Assembly (NCBI GenBank): GCA_963720495.1
Contig: CAVRFU010000013.1
Coordinates: forward strand, 32,273 to 96,272
Length of the DNA stretch: 64,000 nt
Direction: 5' to 3'
From: an uncultured Chloroflexia bacterium
GTDB taxonomy: Bacteria; Chloroflexota; Limnocylindria; Limnocylindrales; CSP1-4
Positions 29,314-38,357 of the stretch are shown one piece after another. Numbering within the stretch: the stretch's first letter is position 1; every line of letters starts with the position of its first letter. Position numbers and translations under genes: made by a program. Under the pieces are notes generated by a model. It saw only the letters and a list, made by a program, of their open reading frames with translations, was not told where the DNA came from and ran no database searches.

Positions 29314-31050
29314 TCAGCTGGTCGGGGTGGTGACGGATGGGTCGCGCGTGATCGTCGCGGCGCCCTTCTTGGCGTTGTACCACTTCGTGAAGGCGGTGGA
29401 GGTCAGCTCCTCGAGCTGCCTGCCCTCCGGGGTGCGCGTCTCCTCGGCGGCCACCTTGAACAGGTAGACGCCGTCGCCGGGCATGGTCACGACCGACGAC
29501 GTCTTGCCGATCGGCGCGGCGAAGATCGCATTGGTCAGGTCATCGGCCAGCTGGCCCTTGGCGACCCAGCCGAGATCGCCGCCGGAGCCGGCCGTCGGAG
29601 CGTTCGAGTTGTCGCGGGCGAGGACGCCGAAGTCCGCACCCTTGTCCGCCTGGTCCTTGAGCGCCTTGAGATGGTCCTCGTCGGTCGGGTGGTACATCAC
29701 CTGGATGACGTGCCAGCCGAAGGCGGACTTGACCGGTGGGAGGATCTGGCCGTCCTTGAGTCCGGGGGCGAGGATCGCCTTCTCGAACTCCGGGTCGACG
29801 CCGCTCGTGCTGTCGAAGAACGGGAGCTTGCCGCCGGTCCCGGTGGGACCCTGCGCCTGGGCTTCGTCGCTCTGCTTGCGGGCGATCGAGTCGAACAGGC
29901 TCGGGTTGCCCTGCAGGCTGGCGTAGGTGGCAAGGGCCTTGGCGCGGGCCGCCTCCCAGGACGGATCGGTGTCCGGGATCTGCGCGGCGCCGGAGGGGTC
30001 GCCCTTCGGGCTGTACAGGATGTGGCGCACCTTGATCGCGTCGGCGGCCAGGCCCGGCTCGGCCTCGCTGGTGTAGATCTCGGAGACCTTGCGCTGCGGC
30101 GCGGCGCCCGTGTAGTCGGCGACGATCTTGCTCTGGAGCTTGTCGTGCAGGACGTCCGCCGCGAGGGCGGCCTTGTACTTGTCGAGGGACACGCCGTCGT
30201 TGACGATCTTGGCCTGGTACGCGGAGTCGACCGCCTCGGGCGCGATGTCGGTCACCCGGCCGATCCGGAAGATGCCATCGGCACCCTGGACGACGGCCGT
30301 CGGCTTGTTGACCTCGGCGGCGAAGACCGCCTTCAGGTAATCCTCGTCGGCCTGCTTGTCGTCCGCCGCGATCCAGCCCAGGTCGCCGGCCTGACCCGCG
30401 GTCGAGGCATCGGTCGACGTGGTCTTGGCGACGTCGTCCCAGGACTTGCCGCCGTTCAGGTCCGCCAGCGCCGCGTCGGCGACCGACTTGGCGGCCGCGA
30501 TCTGGGCGGCGGTCGGCTGCACGGCGCCGAGGTCGGTCGACGGCTTGACCTCGATGACGTAGGCGTGGCGGGTCTCGGGCGTCGTCGCCTCGGTGACCAG
30601 CCGCGCATCGATGTCCTCGGGCGTCGCGCTGACGCCTTCCTGCGTCGCGAGCTTGGCCTGGAGCTTGGCGTCGATCAGGCGCTCGAGCGAGACGGACGGC
30701 AGCTGCTGGCGCACCTGGGCGTTGGTCTGCGTCTGGGTCGTGCCCTGGGCCTCGGTCAGGTGGCCGGCCGCGACCGCGGTGGCGGTCCGCCGGTCGGCCT
30801 CGTCGAGCCGCCAGGCGTCGATCGCCAGCCGGTCCTTGAGGTCGTCCTTGCTGATCGACTGGCCGTCGACGCTGCCGACCGACGCGAGGTGGTCGTTGTA
30901 GTAGGCCAGCCCGGCCGCGACGCCGAGGATGACGACGGCGAGGACGACGATCAGGCCGAAGCCGAGGTTGAGGTAGAAGTTGCGCCGGTCCTGGGCTTCC
31001 CACGCTGGTCGGTGGGCGCGCTTCACGACGGGCTTGGCACGGAAGGTCAT
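29314..31050 (-). CDS. Membrane-anchored parvulin-type peptidyl-prolyl isomerase (SurA/PrsA-like, multiple rotamase domains)
   Basis: N-terminal TM, AGDLGWI, IKVRHILY, GGKLPFF, KSAFGWHVIQ, GGDLGWV. Confidence 0.9.
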   Translation of the reverse strand: MTFRAKPVVKRAHRPAWEAQDRRNFYLNLGFGLIVVLAVVILGVAAGLAYYNDHLASVGSVDGQSISKDDLKDRLAIDAWRLDEADRRTATAVAAGHLTEAQGTTQTQTNAQVRQQLPSVSLERLIDAKLQAKLATQEGVSATPEDIDARLVTEATTPETRHAYVIEVKPSTDLGAVQPTAAQIAAAKSVADAALADLNGGKSWDDVAKTTSTDASTAGQAGDLGWIAADDKQADEDYLKAVFAAEVNKPTAVVQGADGIFRIGRVTDIAPEAVDSAYQAKIVNDGVSLDKYKAALAADVLHDKLQSKIVADYTGAAPQRKVSEIYTSEAEPGLAADAIKVRHILYSPKGDPSGAAQIPDTDPSWEAARAKALATYASLQGNPSLFDSIARKQSDEAQAQGPTGTGGKLPFFDSTSGVDPEFEKAILAPGLKDGQILPPVKSAFGWHVIQVMYHPTDEDHLKALKDQADKGADFGVLARDNSNAPTAGSGGDLGWVAKGQLADDLTNAIFAAPIGKTSSVVTMPGDGVYLFKVAAEETRTPEGRQLEELTSTAFTKWYNAKKGAATITRDPSVTTPTS

Positions 31051-31146
31051 GGTCTGGGTCGATTTCCTGTCACATGGCCGGCTGACGCCGGGGATGGAGG
31101 GCCGCGGTATGGTACACCGCCCCCTCGGGAAGCCGTGTCCGCAGCC

Positions 31147-32325
31147 CTATCGTCGATCTCCCGCCCGGGTCAATGACGGGACGATGAGCGCCTCCGTGAC
31201 GCGTGTTGCGGAACCTCCATCTGCGACGTCGAACGAGGCGGCCCGAAACCGCTCCACGCGCTCGAGATCGAAGACACCGGCCCGCAGGTACGCGGCCAGC
31301 TCCGCGGTCGTCTCGAAGATCGGGCCGGGCACGCCGGTCCGGTAGTCGAAGTAGAAGCCGCGCTCGCGCTCGTACGCCTCGTAGTCCGGCGCGAAGAAGA
31401 CCATCGGCCGGTGCAGCAGGGCGAACTCGAAGATCGCGCTCGAGTAGTCGGTCACGAGCACGTCGCTCACGAGCATCAGCTCGTTGATGTCGGGGTGATC
31501 CGAGACGTCGATCGCGAAGTCCGCGAGGTCCGGGCCGATCGGCGTGGCGGACCGGATGAACGGGTGCAGCCGGACGAGCAGGACGTGGTCCGCGTCGAGG
31601 GCGTCACGCAGGACCCGGAGGTCGAGGTCGTCCGTGGCGCGGGCGTCGGTGACGCTGTCGCCGCGGAAGGTCGGCGCGTACAGGATGACCCGGCGGCCGT
31701 CGGTCAGGCCGTATCGCTCGCGGACGGCGGCTCGCGTCCGGGCCAGGTGCTCCTCGCCGAAGAGCACGTCCGTCCGCGGGATGCCCAGGTCCGACCGAAA
31801 CCGCTCGAGCGGCTGGCGGAACGCCTCCGCGTAATGCGGCGCGGCGGTCTGCGAGGCGACGAGGCAGACGTCGTAGTTCGAGTGGATCCGGACCCGGCTG
31901 GCGAGCGCCTCGTCCACCCCGAACGACTTGTCCAGCACGCTGTAGCCGACCTTCTTGAACGCGCCGCAGGCGTGCCACGTCTGGACGATCGTCGTGCCCG
32001 GCCGCTTGCGGATCACATAGATCGGGAAGAAGTAGTCGTCCACGATGAACACCCGCGAGGTCGCCAGGTAGTAGCCGGCGACGACCGCGTGCCAGGCCGC
32101 GGCGATCCGGCCGCGGCCACCGACGCCCGGCCGGTGGGCGAGGGTCACGACCGGGATCCCCGGACGGCGCGCCGCCAGGTCGTCCGCGATGGCCGCCAGG
32201 TTGCCGCCGAGCCGCGGGGCGTGGGCGGTCGCGAGCACGACCCGCGAGCGGAGCGGCAGGCGGCGCCCGAACGCGAACGCCGCCCGGACGAGCACGATCC
32301 GGATCGTCAGCACGAGATCGTTCAT
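31147..32325 (-). CDS. CDP-glycerol/ribitol glycerophosphotransferase family (TagB/TagF-like)
   Basis: VDDYFFP, QTWHACGAFKKVG, GIPRTD, ILYAPTFRG, LHP, SDVLVTDYSSAIFEF, RGFY. Confidence 0.92.
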   Translation of the reverse strand: MNDLVLTIRIVLVRAAFAFGRRLPLRSRVVLATAHAPRLGGNLAAIADDLAARRPGIPVVTLAHRPGVGGRGRIAAAWHAVVAGYYLATSRVFIVDDYFFPIYVIRKRPGTTIVQTWHACGAFKKVGYSVLDKSFGVDEALASRVRIHSNYDVCLVASQTAAPHYAEAFRQPLERFRSDLGIPRTDVLFGEEHLARTRAAVRERYGLTDGRRVILYAPTFRGDSVTDARATDDLDLRVLRDALDADHVLLVRLHPFIRSATPIGPDLADFAIDVSDHPDINELMLVSDVLVTDYSSAIFEFALLHRPMVFFAPDYEAYERERGFYFDYRTGVPGPIFETTAELAAYLRAGVFDLERVERFRAASFDVADGGSATRVTEALIVPSLTRAGDRR

Positions 32326-32335
32326 CCGGACCGCC

Positions 32336-33892
32336 TCACCGGGCCAGGATCAGCTGGTCGATGACGCGGTCGGTCGAGCCGCTGTCGAGATGCGCGAAGT
32401 GGCGCGCCGCGAAGTCGTCCACCTTGGACGCCTCGTAGTCGTCGCGGCGGATCGCGTCGACCATCTCCGCGAACGTCCGGACGATCCGGCCGGGCACGAA
32501 CAATTCGAACGGGACGTAGAAGTCGCGTGTCGCCACGTAGTCCTCGAGGTCGTAGGCGAAGAACAGCATCGGCCGGCGGAGGGTCGAGTACTCGAACACG
32601 ATCGATGAATAGTCGGTCACCAGGAGGTCGACCGCGAACAGGAGGTCGTTGACGTCCACCGGCCGGGTGGAGCCGTCGATCAGGCGGTCCCGGAACGCCT
32701 CCGGGATGCGGACCGGCTCGAGCACGAACGGGTGCATCTTGATGATGATCGTCGCGTCGCGCTCGACCGCCAGCGCGTGGAGCGCCGCGTAGTCGAGCAG
32801 CTCGAACGCGTACGACGCCTCCCGGATCGTGTCGCCGCGGTACGTGGGCGCGAACAGGATCGTCCGGCGCCCGACGATCTCCGGGTACGCCGCCCGGGCG
32901 GCAGCCAGCCCCTCGGCCTGCGCCCTCGCGTCGAAGAACCGGTCCATCCGGGGGATGCCGGTCGGGATGACCCGTGCTTCGGGGATGCCGAACGCCTCGG
33001 CGTAGAAGGGCACGTCGAACTCCGAGCTGACGATCGCCGCGGTGTACTTCCGGTGGACGCGGACGTTCGGGTCCGGCAGGCCGATCCGGCTGAAGCCCAC
33101 GGTCTTGAACGCGCCCGAGGCGTGCCACAGCTGGATGATCCGGACCGCCGGCGACAGCCTGACCCAGTCGAGCGGCGGGAACGAATCGTCGAGGACGATC
33201 ACGTCGGCGCCGGCCAGGGCACGGGCGAGCCGCAGCCGGTCGAGGAAGCTCCAGCGCTCGGTGAGCCCGGGCTTGAGCATCACCGTCAGGTCCGCCTCGC
33301 GATCGAGGCCGCGTTCGACCATCCGGGCGTTGACGACCTGGAGGTTGCCCGACATCTCCGAGATGAGACGCGAGGTGAACAGGACGCGCGGCTTGCTCCG
33401 CCGGGTGACCAGGCGCGACGCCGACACGAGGGCACGGAAGGCGGCCCGCCGGATCCGGGTGACGCGGCGCACGGGCTTGCGGACGCGATCCGCGGCGTCG
33501 AACGCGACATCGATCGTGAGAGTCCTCGCCGTCGCGTCCACCGCGGGAGCCATGCGGTAGGACCCATTCGTGAGGGTGAACGAGCCCGGCTCCGGGCGCG
33601 CCGTCGGCAGGGACGGGGCCGGGAGGACGGCGGCGCGGAGCGTCCAGCGGCCGGCTCCCAGCGGCTCGAGGCCCGGACCGACCAGCACGTTGAACCGGGC
33701 CGTGAGGCGATCGCCGTCGATCGTCGCGCGTGTCGGTGGCATCGCCTCGCCGCCGGCGGCGTCGGGGACGAGGTCGAGCGACGACAGGTCGAGCGTGACA
33801 CCGGCCGGCACACGGGCCTCGACGATGAGCTGGACGCGCTCCCAGCGGATGGCGTCGACCTCGATCGCGGGCTCCCGTGGCTCGTCGGCCAT
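32336..33892 (-). CDS. CDP-ribitol/glycerol phosphotransferase (TarK/TarL/TagF-like) with extra N-terminal domain
   Basis: QLWHASGAFKTVG, GIPRMD, ILFAPTYRG, KMHP, LLVTDYSSIVFEY, RDFY. Confidence 0.92.
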   Translation of the reverse strand: MADEPREPAIEVDAIRWERVQLIVEARVPAGVTLDLSSLDLVPDAAGGEAMPPTRATIDGDRLTARFNVLVGPGLEPLGAGRWTLRAAVLPAPSLPTARPEPGSFTLTNGSYRMAPAVDATARTLTIDVAFDAADRVRKPVRRVTRIRRAAFRALVSASRLVTRRSKPRVLFTSRLISEMSGNLQVVNARMVERGLDREADLTVMLKPGLTERWSFLDRLRLARALAGADVIVLDDSFPPLDWVRLSPAVRIIQLWHASGAFKTVGFSRIGLPDPNVRVHRKYTAAIVSSEFDVPFYAEAFGIPEARVIPTGIPRMDRFFDARAQAEGLAAARAAYPEIVGRRTILFAPTYRGDTIREASYAFELLDYAALHALAVERDATIIIKMHPFVLEPVRIPEAFRDRLIDGSTRPVDVNDLLFAVDLLVTDYSSIVFEYSTLRRPMLFFAYDLEDYVATRDFYVPFELFVPGRIVRTFAEMVDAIRRDDYEASKVDDFAARHFAHLDSGSTDRVIDQLILAR

Positions 33893-34049
33893 CCACGCTC
33901 CTTGTCGGTCGGGCCGCGGGATCGTCGCGCCCAGTCGCGGATGATAGCCCGGCTGCGACCGGGCCTGCGGTTTCGCGTACCCTCAGGCGGACAGTCATCC
34001 GAGCCGCGACGGGCTCAGCGGAGCAGGGCCGAGCGCACCGGAGGTTCGC

Positions 34050-34739
34050 ATGAAGATCGGGATGATCGTGCTCGCCGGAGGGGTCGGCAAACGCATCGGC
34101 CGGCCGTTCCCGAAGCAGTTCCTGCTCCTGGGCGGCAAGCCGCTGATCATCCACGTGCTGGAGAAGGCGCGGCTGATCCCGGCCATCGAACGGGTCGTCG
34201 TCACCTGCCCGGAGAGCCATCTCGACGAGACGCGGACGCTGATCGACAACCACGGCTTCGATGCGGCCAGGTTCAGCTGCATCGTCGGCGGTGGGTCGCG
34301 CCAGGAGTCGGTCTACCGGGGGCTCGAGGCCCTCGATGACACCGACACGGTCATCGTCCACGAAGCCGTCCGTCCCCTCGTCACCGCCGATGAGTTCCGC
34401 GAGCTGATCGCGGCCGAGGAGGGCAACGCGATGTTCGGGATCCCGATCCCGTTCACCGTCCTCAAGGGCCACGAGTACGTCGAGGACCTCCTGGAGCGGG
34501 ACGAGCTGGTCAACGTCCAGCTCCCCCAGAAGTTCGACCGGGCCAAGCTGATGGCCGCCCACGAAGCGGCGCGGCGCGACGGGGCATTCTTCACCGAGGA
34601 CGCCAGCCTCTTCCACCGCTACGCAGGTGAGCGGGTCCGGATCCTGCCCGGCTCCGAGCGCAACATCAAGATCACCGTCCCGACCGACATCGTGACCGCC
34701 GAGGCGATCTACGCCGACGTCATCGGCCGCAGGGGCTGA
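34050..34739 (+). CDS. IspD/TarI-family cytidylyltransferase
   Basis: LAGGVGKRIG...PKQFL, GGGSRQESV, HEAVRP, VQLPQKF, NIKIT. Confidence 0.9.
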   Translation: MKIGMIVLAGGVGKRIGRPFPKQFLLLGGKPLIIHVLEKARLIPAIERVVVTCPESHLDETRTLIDNHGFDAARFSCIVGGGSRQESVYRGLEALDDTDTVIVHEAVRPLVTADEFRELIAAEEGNAMFGIPIPFTVLKGHEYVEDLLERDELVNVQLPQKFDRAKLMAAHEAARRDGAFFTEDASLFHRYAGERVRILPGSERNIKITVPTDIVTAEAIYADVIGRRG

Positions 34740-34740
34740 G

Positions 34741-35445
34741 ATGGGCAAGGTCTGCGTGATCACCGGGGCCAGCCAGGGCATCGGGCGGGCCGCGGCGGTC
34801 CGGATGAGCCGTGAGCCGAACGTCGGCTCGATCGTGCTCGTCGCGCGCAACGGGGAGGGACTGGACGGCACCGTCGCCGAGATGGACCGTGACGGGAAGC
34901 GGATCGAGGCGATCCCCTACGACCTGATGGACCTCGACGGGATCCCCGCCCTCGTCGATCGCATCCAGCGCGACTACGGGAGCATCGACATCCTGCTCAA
35001 CATCGCGGGCTACGCCGATCCGCGGTCGCTCCTCGACACGAGCACCGACAACATCGTGAAGACCTACACCATCAACGTCTTCGCGATGCTGGTCCTCATC
35101 CGCGAGGCCACCCGCCACATGTACGACCGGGGCGGCAAGATCCTCAACGTCGCATCGACGGCCGGCATCACCTCGCGACCGGGCTGGCTGGCGTACGCCT
35201 CGTCCAAGGCGGCGGTCGTGTCGCTGTCCGCGACCCTCGCGGACGAGCTGGCCGGCAGCGGGATCAAGATCTACAGCATCTCGCCGGGGCGAACGGCCAC
35301 CGAGCTGCGCCGCAAGCTGGCGCCGGAGGAGGACCCCTCGACGATCATGCAGCCGGGCCAGGTGGCCGACGTCATCGCCCAGCTGATGAGCGACGACGAG
35401 GTCACCCTCGACGGCCAGAACATCATCGTCCGCACGCGGGCCTAG
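34741..35445 (+). CDS. SDR oxidoreductase, probable ribulose-5-P reductase for CDP-ribitol
   Basis: ITGASQGIG, LLNIAG, NVAS, YASSK, SPGRTAT; starts 1 nt after the IspD-like gene. Confidence 0.8.
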   Translation: MGKVCVITGASQGIGRAAAVRMSREPNVGSIVLVARNGEGLDGTVAEMDRDGKRIEAIPYDLMDLDGIPALVDRIQRDYGSIDILLNIAGYADPRSLLDTSTDNIVKTYTINVFAMLVLIREATRHMYDRGGKILNVASTAGITSRPGWLAYASSKAAVVSLSATLADELAGSGIKIYSISPGRTATELRRKLAPEEDPSTIMQPGQVADVIAQLMSDDEVTLDGQNIIVRTRA

Positions 35446-35453
35446 ACCGGCGG

Positions 35454-36632
35454 ATGCGCCCGCTCGAATACCGGCTGGCGAGCGCTCTCCTCCGCTTCGT
35501 GCGCCTCTTCGCGTCGCGGCTGGCCATCCAGTCCGACAAGGTGGTCCTGGCCACGGCCCGGGTCCCGACCCTGGATGGAAATCTGCTCCACCTCCACCGG
35601 GCGATGCGAGCGCGGCACCCCGAGCTCCGCTACGTGCTCCTCCTCGAGCCCTACAGCTACGGCCTGGCCGGCAAGCTGGCCTACCTCGTCCGGCTCGTGC
35701 GCGGGATGTACCACCTCCAGACCGCCCGCCTGTTCGTCACCGACAACGCCTACCTGCCGATCCACGTCGCGCCACACCGGCGGCGGACGACGGTCGTCCA
35801 GGTCTGGCACGCCGCCGGGGCGCTCAAGCGGTTCGGGCTGGACACGACGGTGCCGATCGCGGAGCCGGAGCGGACGTTCCTGCATCGCTACTACGACGCG
35901 GTCGTCGTCGGTGGCGAGTGGACGCGCGGACCGTATGCGGCCGCCCTCCGGACGCCGATGGAGCGGGTCATCGCCCTCGGCTCGCCCCGGACCGACTCCT
36001 TCTTCGATGACGCGGCCCTGGCCGCGGCACGCGGACGGGTGCTGGCGGCCCATCCCGAGCTCGCCGGGCGGCGGGTGGTCCTCTACGCCCCGACGTTCCG
36101 GGGCCGCGGGGTCGGCAAGCGGGCGGCCACCGGGCTCGACGCCGCAGCGCTGCGGGCCGCCCTGCCCGCCGGCGATGCGCTGGTCCTAAAGACCCACCCC
36201 AACCTGGATCCGGCCGCCACGCCGACGGCCGGCTACGACGTCGTGGCCGACCCGACGGCCGAGATCAACGACCTGCTCGCCCTGACCGACATCCTCATCA
36301 CCGACTATTCGTCGTCGGTCATCGAGTTCGCCCTCCTGCGCCGGCCGATCGTCCTGCTCGTCGGCGACCTGGCCGAGTACGAGGTGGACCCGGGGCTCTA
36401 CCTCGACTACCGGACCGACATGATCGGGACCCAGGTGACCGACACGGCCGGGGTGATCGATGCGATCGTCGGCGATCGGTTCGACCTCGCCGGGTACGAC
36501 GCGTTCATCACCCGGCAGCTGGGTGCCGCGCGGGGCGGTGCCAGCGACCGCTTCGTCGACCGGTTCCTGGAGGGCGGGCCGGGGTCCGGCCAGCGAGGTG
36601 ATACTCTTCCGCCCGATGTCCGCCACGAGTGA
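35454..36632 (+). CDS. CDP-glycerol glycerophosphotransferase family (TagB-like)
   Basis: TDNAYLP, QVWHAAGALKRFG, GSPRTD, LYAPTFRG, HP, LITDYSSSVIEF, GLY. Confidence 0.9.
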   Translation: MRPLEYRLASALLRFVRLFASRLAIQSDKVVLATARVPTLDGNLLHLHRAMRARHPELRYVLLLEPYSYGLAGKLAYLVRLVRGMYHLQTARLFVTDNAYLPIHVAPHRRRTTVVQVWHAAGALKRFGLDTTVPIAEPERTFLHRYYDAVVVGGEWTRGPYAAALRTPMERVIALGSPRTDSFFDDAALAAARGRVLAAHPELAGRRVVLYAPTFRGRGVGKRAATGLDAAALRAALPAGDALVLKTHPNLDPAATPTAGYDVVADPTAEINDLLALTDILITDYSSSVIEFALLRRPIVLLVGDLAEYEVDPGLYLDYRTDMIGTQVTDTAGVIDAIVGDRFDLAGYDAFITRQLGAARGGASDRFVDRFLEGGPGSGQRGDTLPPDVRHE

Positions 36633-37500
36633 GGTCCCGGCAGCCTTTCGCAATGCCGCCGGGGAACGGGGTCCCCTTCGACTCATCGGCGAGGCCATCT
36701 CGGACATCCGTTCCCGCCAGCGCCTGGTCCGCTATCTGGTCCAGGCCGACATCCGCCGGCGTGGCACGGACACCGTGCTGGGCAATGTCTGGTGGGTTCT
36801 CGACCCGCTCCTCCAGATGGTCGTCTACGTCGTCTTCGTGACGATCATCGCGCCACGCAAGGTGCCCGACTACCCGCTGTTCATCTTCGCCGCGATCCTG
36901 CCCTGGAAGTGGTTCACCTCGTCGATCGGCGATGCGACGTCGTCGATCGTCGGCAAGGACCAGCTGATCAAGCAGATCCAGTTCCCGAAGATCGTCCTGC
37001 CGACGGCGGCGGCGGTCGCCGGCATCGTCAGCTTCTTCTTCGGACTCGCGGCGCTCGGACTGCTGATGCTGTTCTACCCGGATCGGATCTCGCCATACCT
37101 GGTGCTGATCCCGGTCATCGCGAGCGTCCAGTTCGTGTTCACCCTCGCGTGCGCCTACCTGGTCGCCGCCGGAAACGTGTTCTTTCGCGACCTGGGCAAC
37201 GTCGAGGGCCACCTGATGCGCCTGTGGTGGTTCCTGTCACCGGGCCTGTACAGCCTGGCCGCGCTGGACGAGCTGGGGATCTTCCAGTCGCATCCGTTCC
37301 TGCGGACGCTGGCCGGCGCCAATCCATTCGCGATCCTGTTCGAGGCCTATCGGATGGTGATCTACGGGACGCCGGAAGGCCTGCCCGGGCTGCCCAACTT
37401 TGCCTCGCTCGCGGCATTGCTGGTGGCGAGCATCGGTTTCCTCGGCCTGACCACGATCGTGTTCAAGCGCCTCGAGCCCAACTTCGCCAAGGTGATCTGA
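36616..37500 (+). CDS. ABC-2 polysaccharide/teichoic acid exporter permease (TagG/Wzm)
   Basis: RRRGTDTVLGNVWWVLDPL, LIKQIQFPKIVLP, FFRDL, NPFAILFEAYR. Confidence 0.92.
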   Translation: MSATSEVPAAFRNAAGERGPLRLIGEAISDIRSRQRLVRYLVQADIRRRGTDTVLGNVWWVLDPLLQMVVYVVFVTIIAPRKVPDYPLFIFAAILPWKWFTSSIGDATSSIVGKDQLIKQIQFPKIVLPTAAAVAGIVSFFFGLAALGLLMLFYPDRISPYLVLIPVIASVQFVFTLACAYLVAAGNVFFRDLGNVEGHLMRLWWFLSPGLYSLAALDELGIFQSHPFLRTLAGANPFAILFEAYRMVIYGTPEGLPGLPNFASLAALLVASIGFLGLTTIVFKRLEPNFAKVI

Positions 37501-38339
37501 TGGCCGTCGAGAAACGGCCGCCGCGGATGGATCGAGGTGCCGACTACGCGATCACCGCGAGCAACGTGGGCGTCAAGTACGACCTCCGCTTCACCAGGAA
37601 GACGACGGTCCGTGGGTCGATCGCCCAGATGCTCGGACGCGGCCACATCGACAAGTTCTGGGCGCTTCGCAACGTCGACCTGCACGTCCGGCGCGGCGAA
37701 TCGCTGGCGGTCATCGGCCCGAACGGCGCAGGCAAGAGCACGTTGCTCCAGGTCCTGGCGGGGATCATCCACCCGTCCGAGGGCGCGGTCGACGTCTTCG
37801 GCCACGTGTCCGGCCTGCTGACGCTGGGCGCCGGCTTCGACAAGGACCTGACCGGTCGCGACAACATCCTGCTCGGTGGCGCGTTCCTCGGTCTCGACGA
37901 TCACGTGACCCGCGAGCTGCTGCCGTCGATCATCGACTACGCCGAGCTCGGCGAGTTCATCGAGGCGCCGCTCAAGACCTATTCGTCGGGCATGCGCGCC
38001 CGGCTCGGCTTCGCGATCGCGACGTCGGTCGACCCGGACATCCTCCTGCTCGACGAGGTCCTCGCGACCGGCGACGCCAACTTCCGGGCCAAGTCCAAGA
38101 CCCGCGTCCTCGACATCGTGGGTGCCGCCAAGGCTGTCGTCCTCGTCACCCACGACATGGGCTGGGTGACCGAGTACTGCAACCGGGCCATCCTCATCGA
38201 GCAGGGCGTCGTGGTCATGGAGGGCGAGCCGGCCGAGGTGGTCGAGCTCCACCAGGCGCACCAGGCCGAGGCCCGCGCCCGGAACGCCGCGGCCGCAATC
38301 GCGGCCGGTGTCGATCCGCGGATCGTGAAGGTCCGCTGA
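37500..38339 (+). CDS. ABC exporter ATPase (TagH/Wzt), no C-terminal carbohydrate-binding domain
   Basis: FWALRNV, GPNGAGKSTL, PLKTYSSGMRARLGFA, LLLDEVLATGD, VTHD. Confidence 0.94.
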   Translation: MAVEKRPPRMDRGADYAITASNVGVKYDLRFTRKTTVRGSIAQMLGRGHIDKFWALRNVDLHVRRGESLAVIGPNGAGKSTLLQVLAGIIHPSEGAVDVFGHVSGLLTLGAGFDKDLTGRDNILLGGAFLGLDDHVTRELLPSIIDYAELGEFIEAPLKTYSSGMRARLGFAIATSVDPDILLLDEVLATGDANFRAKSKTRVLDIVGAAKAVVLVTHDMGWVTEYCNRAILIEQGVVVMEGEPAEVVELHQAHQAEARARNAAAAIAAGVDPRIVKVR

Positions 38340-38357
38340 GGGACGCTCAGCGGATGG

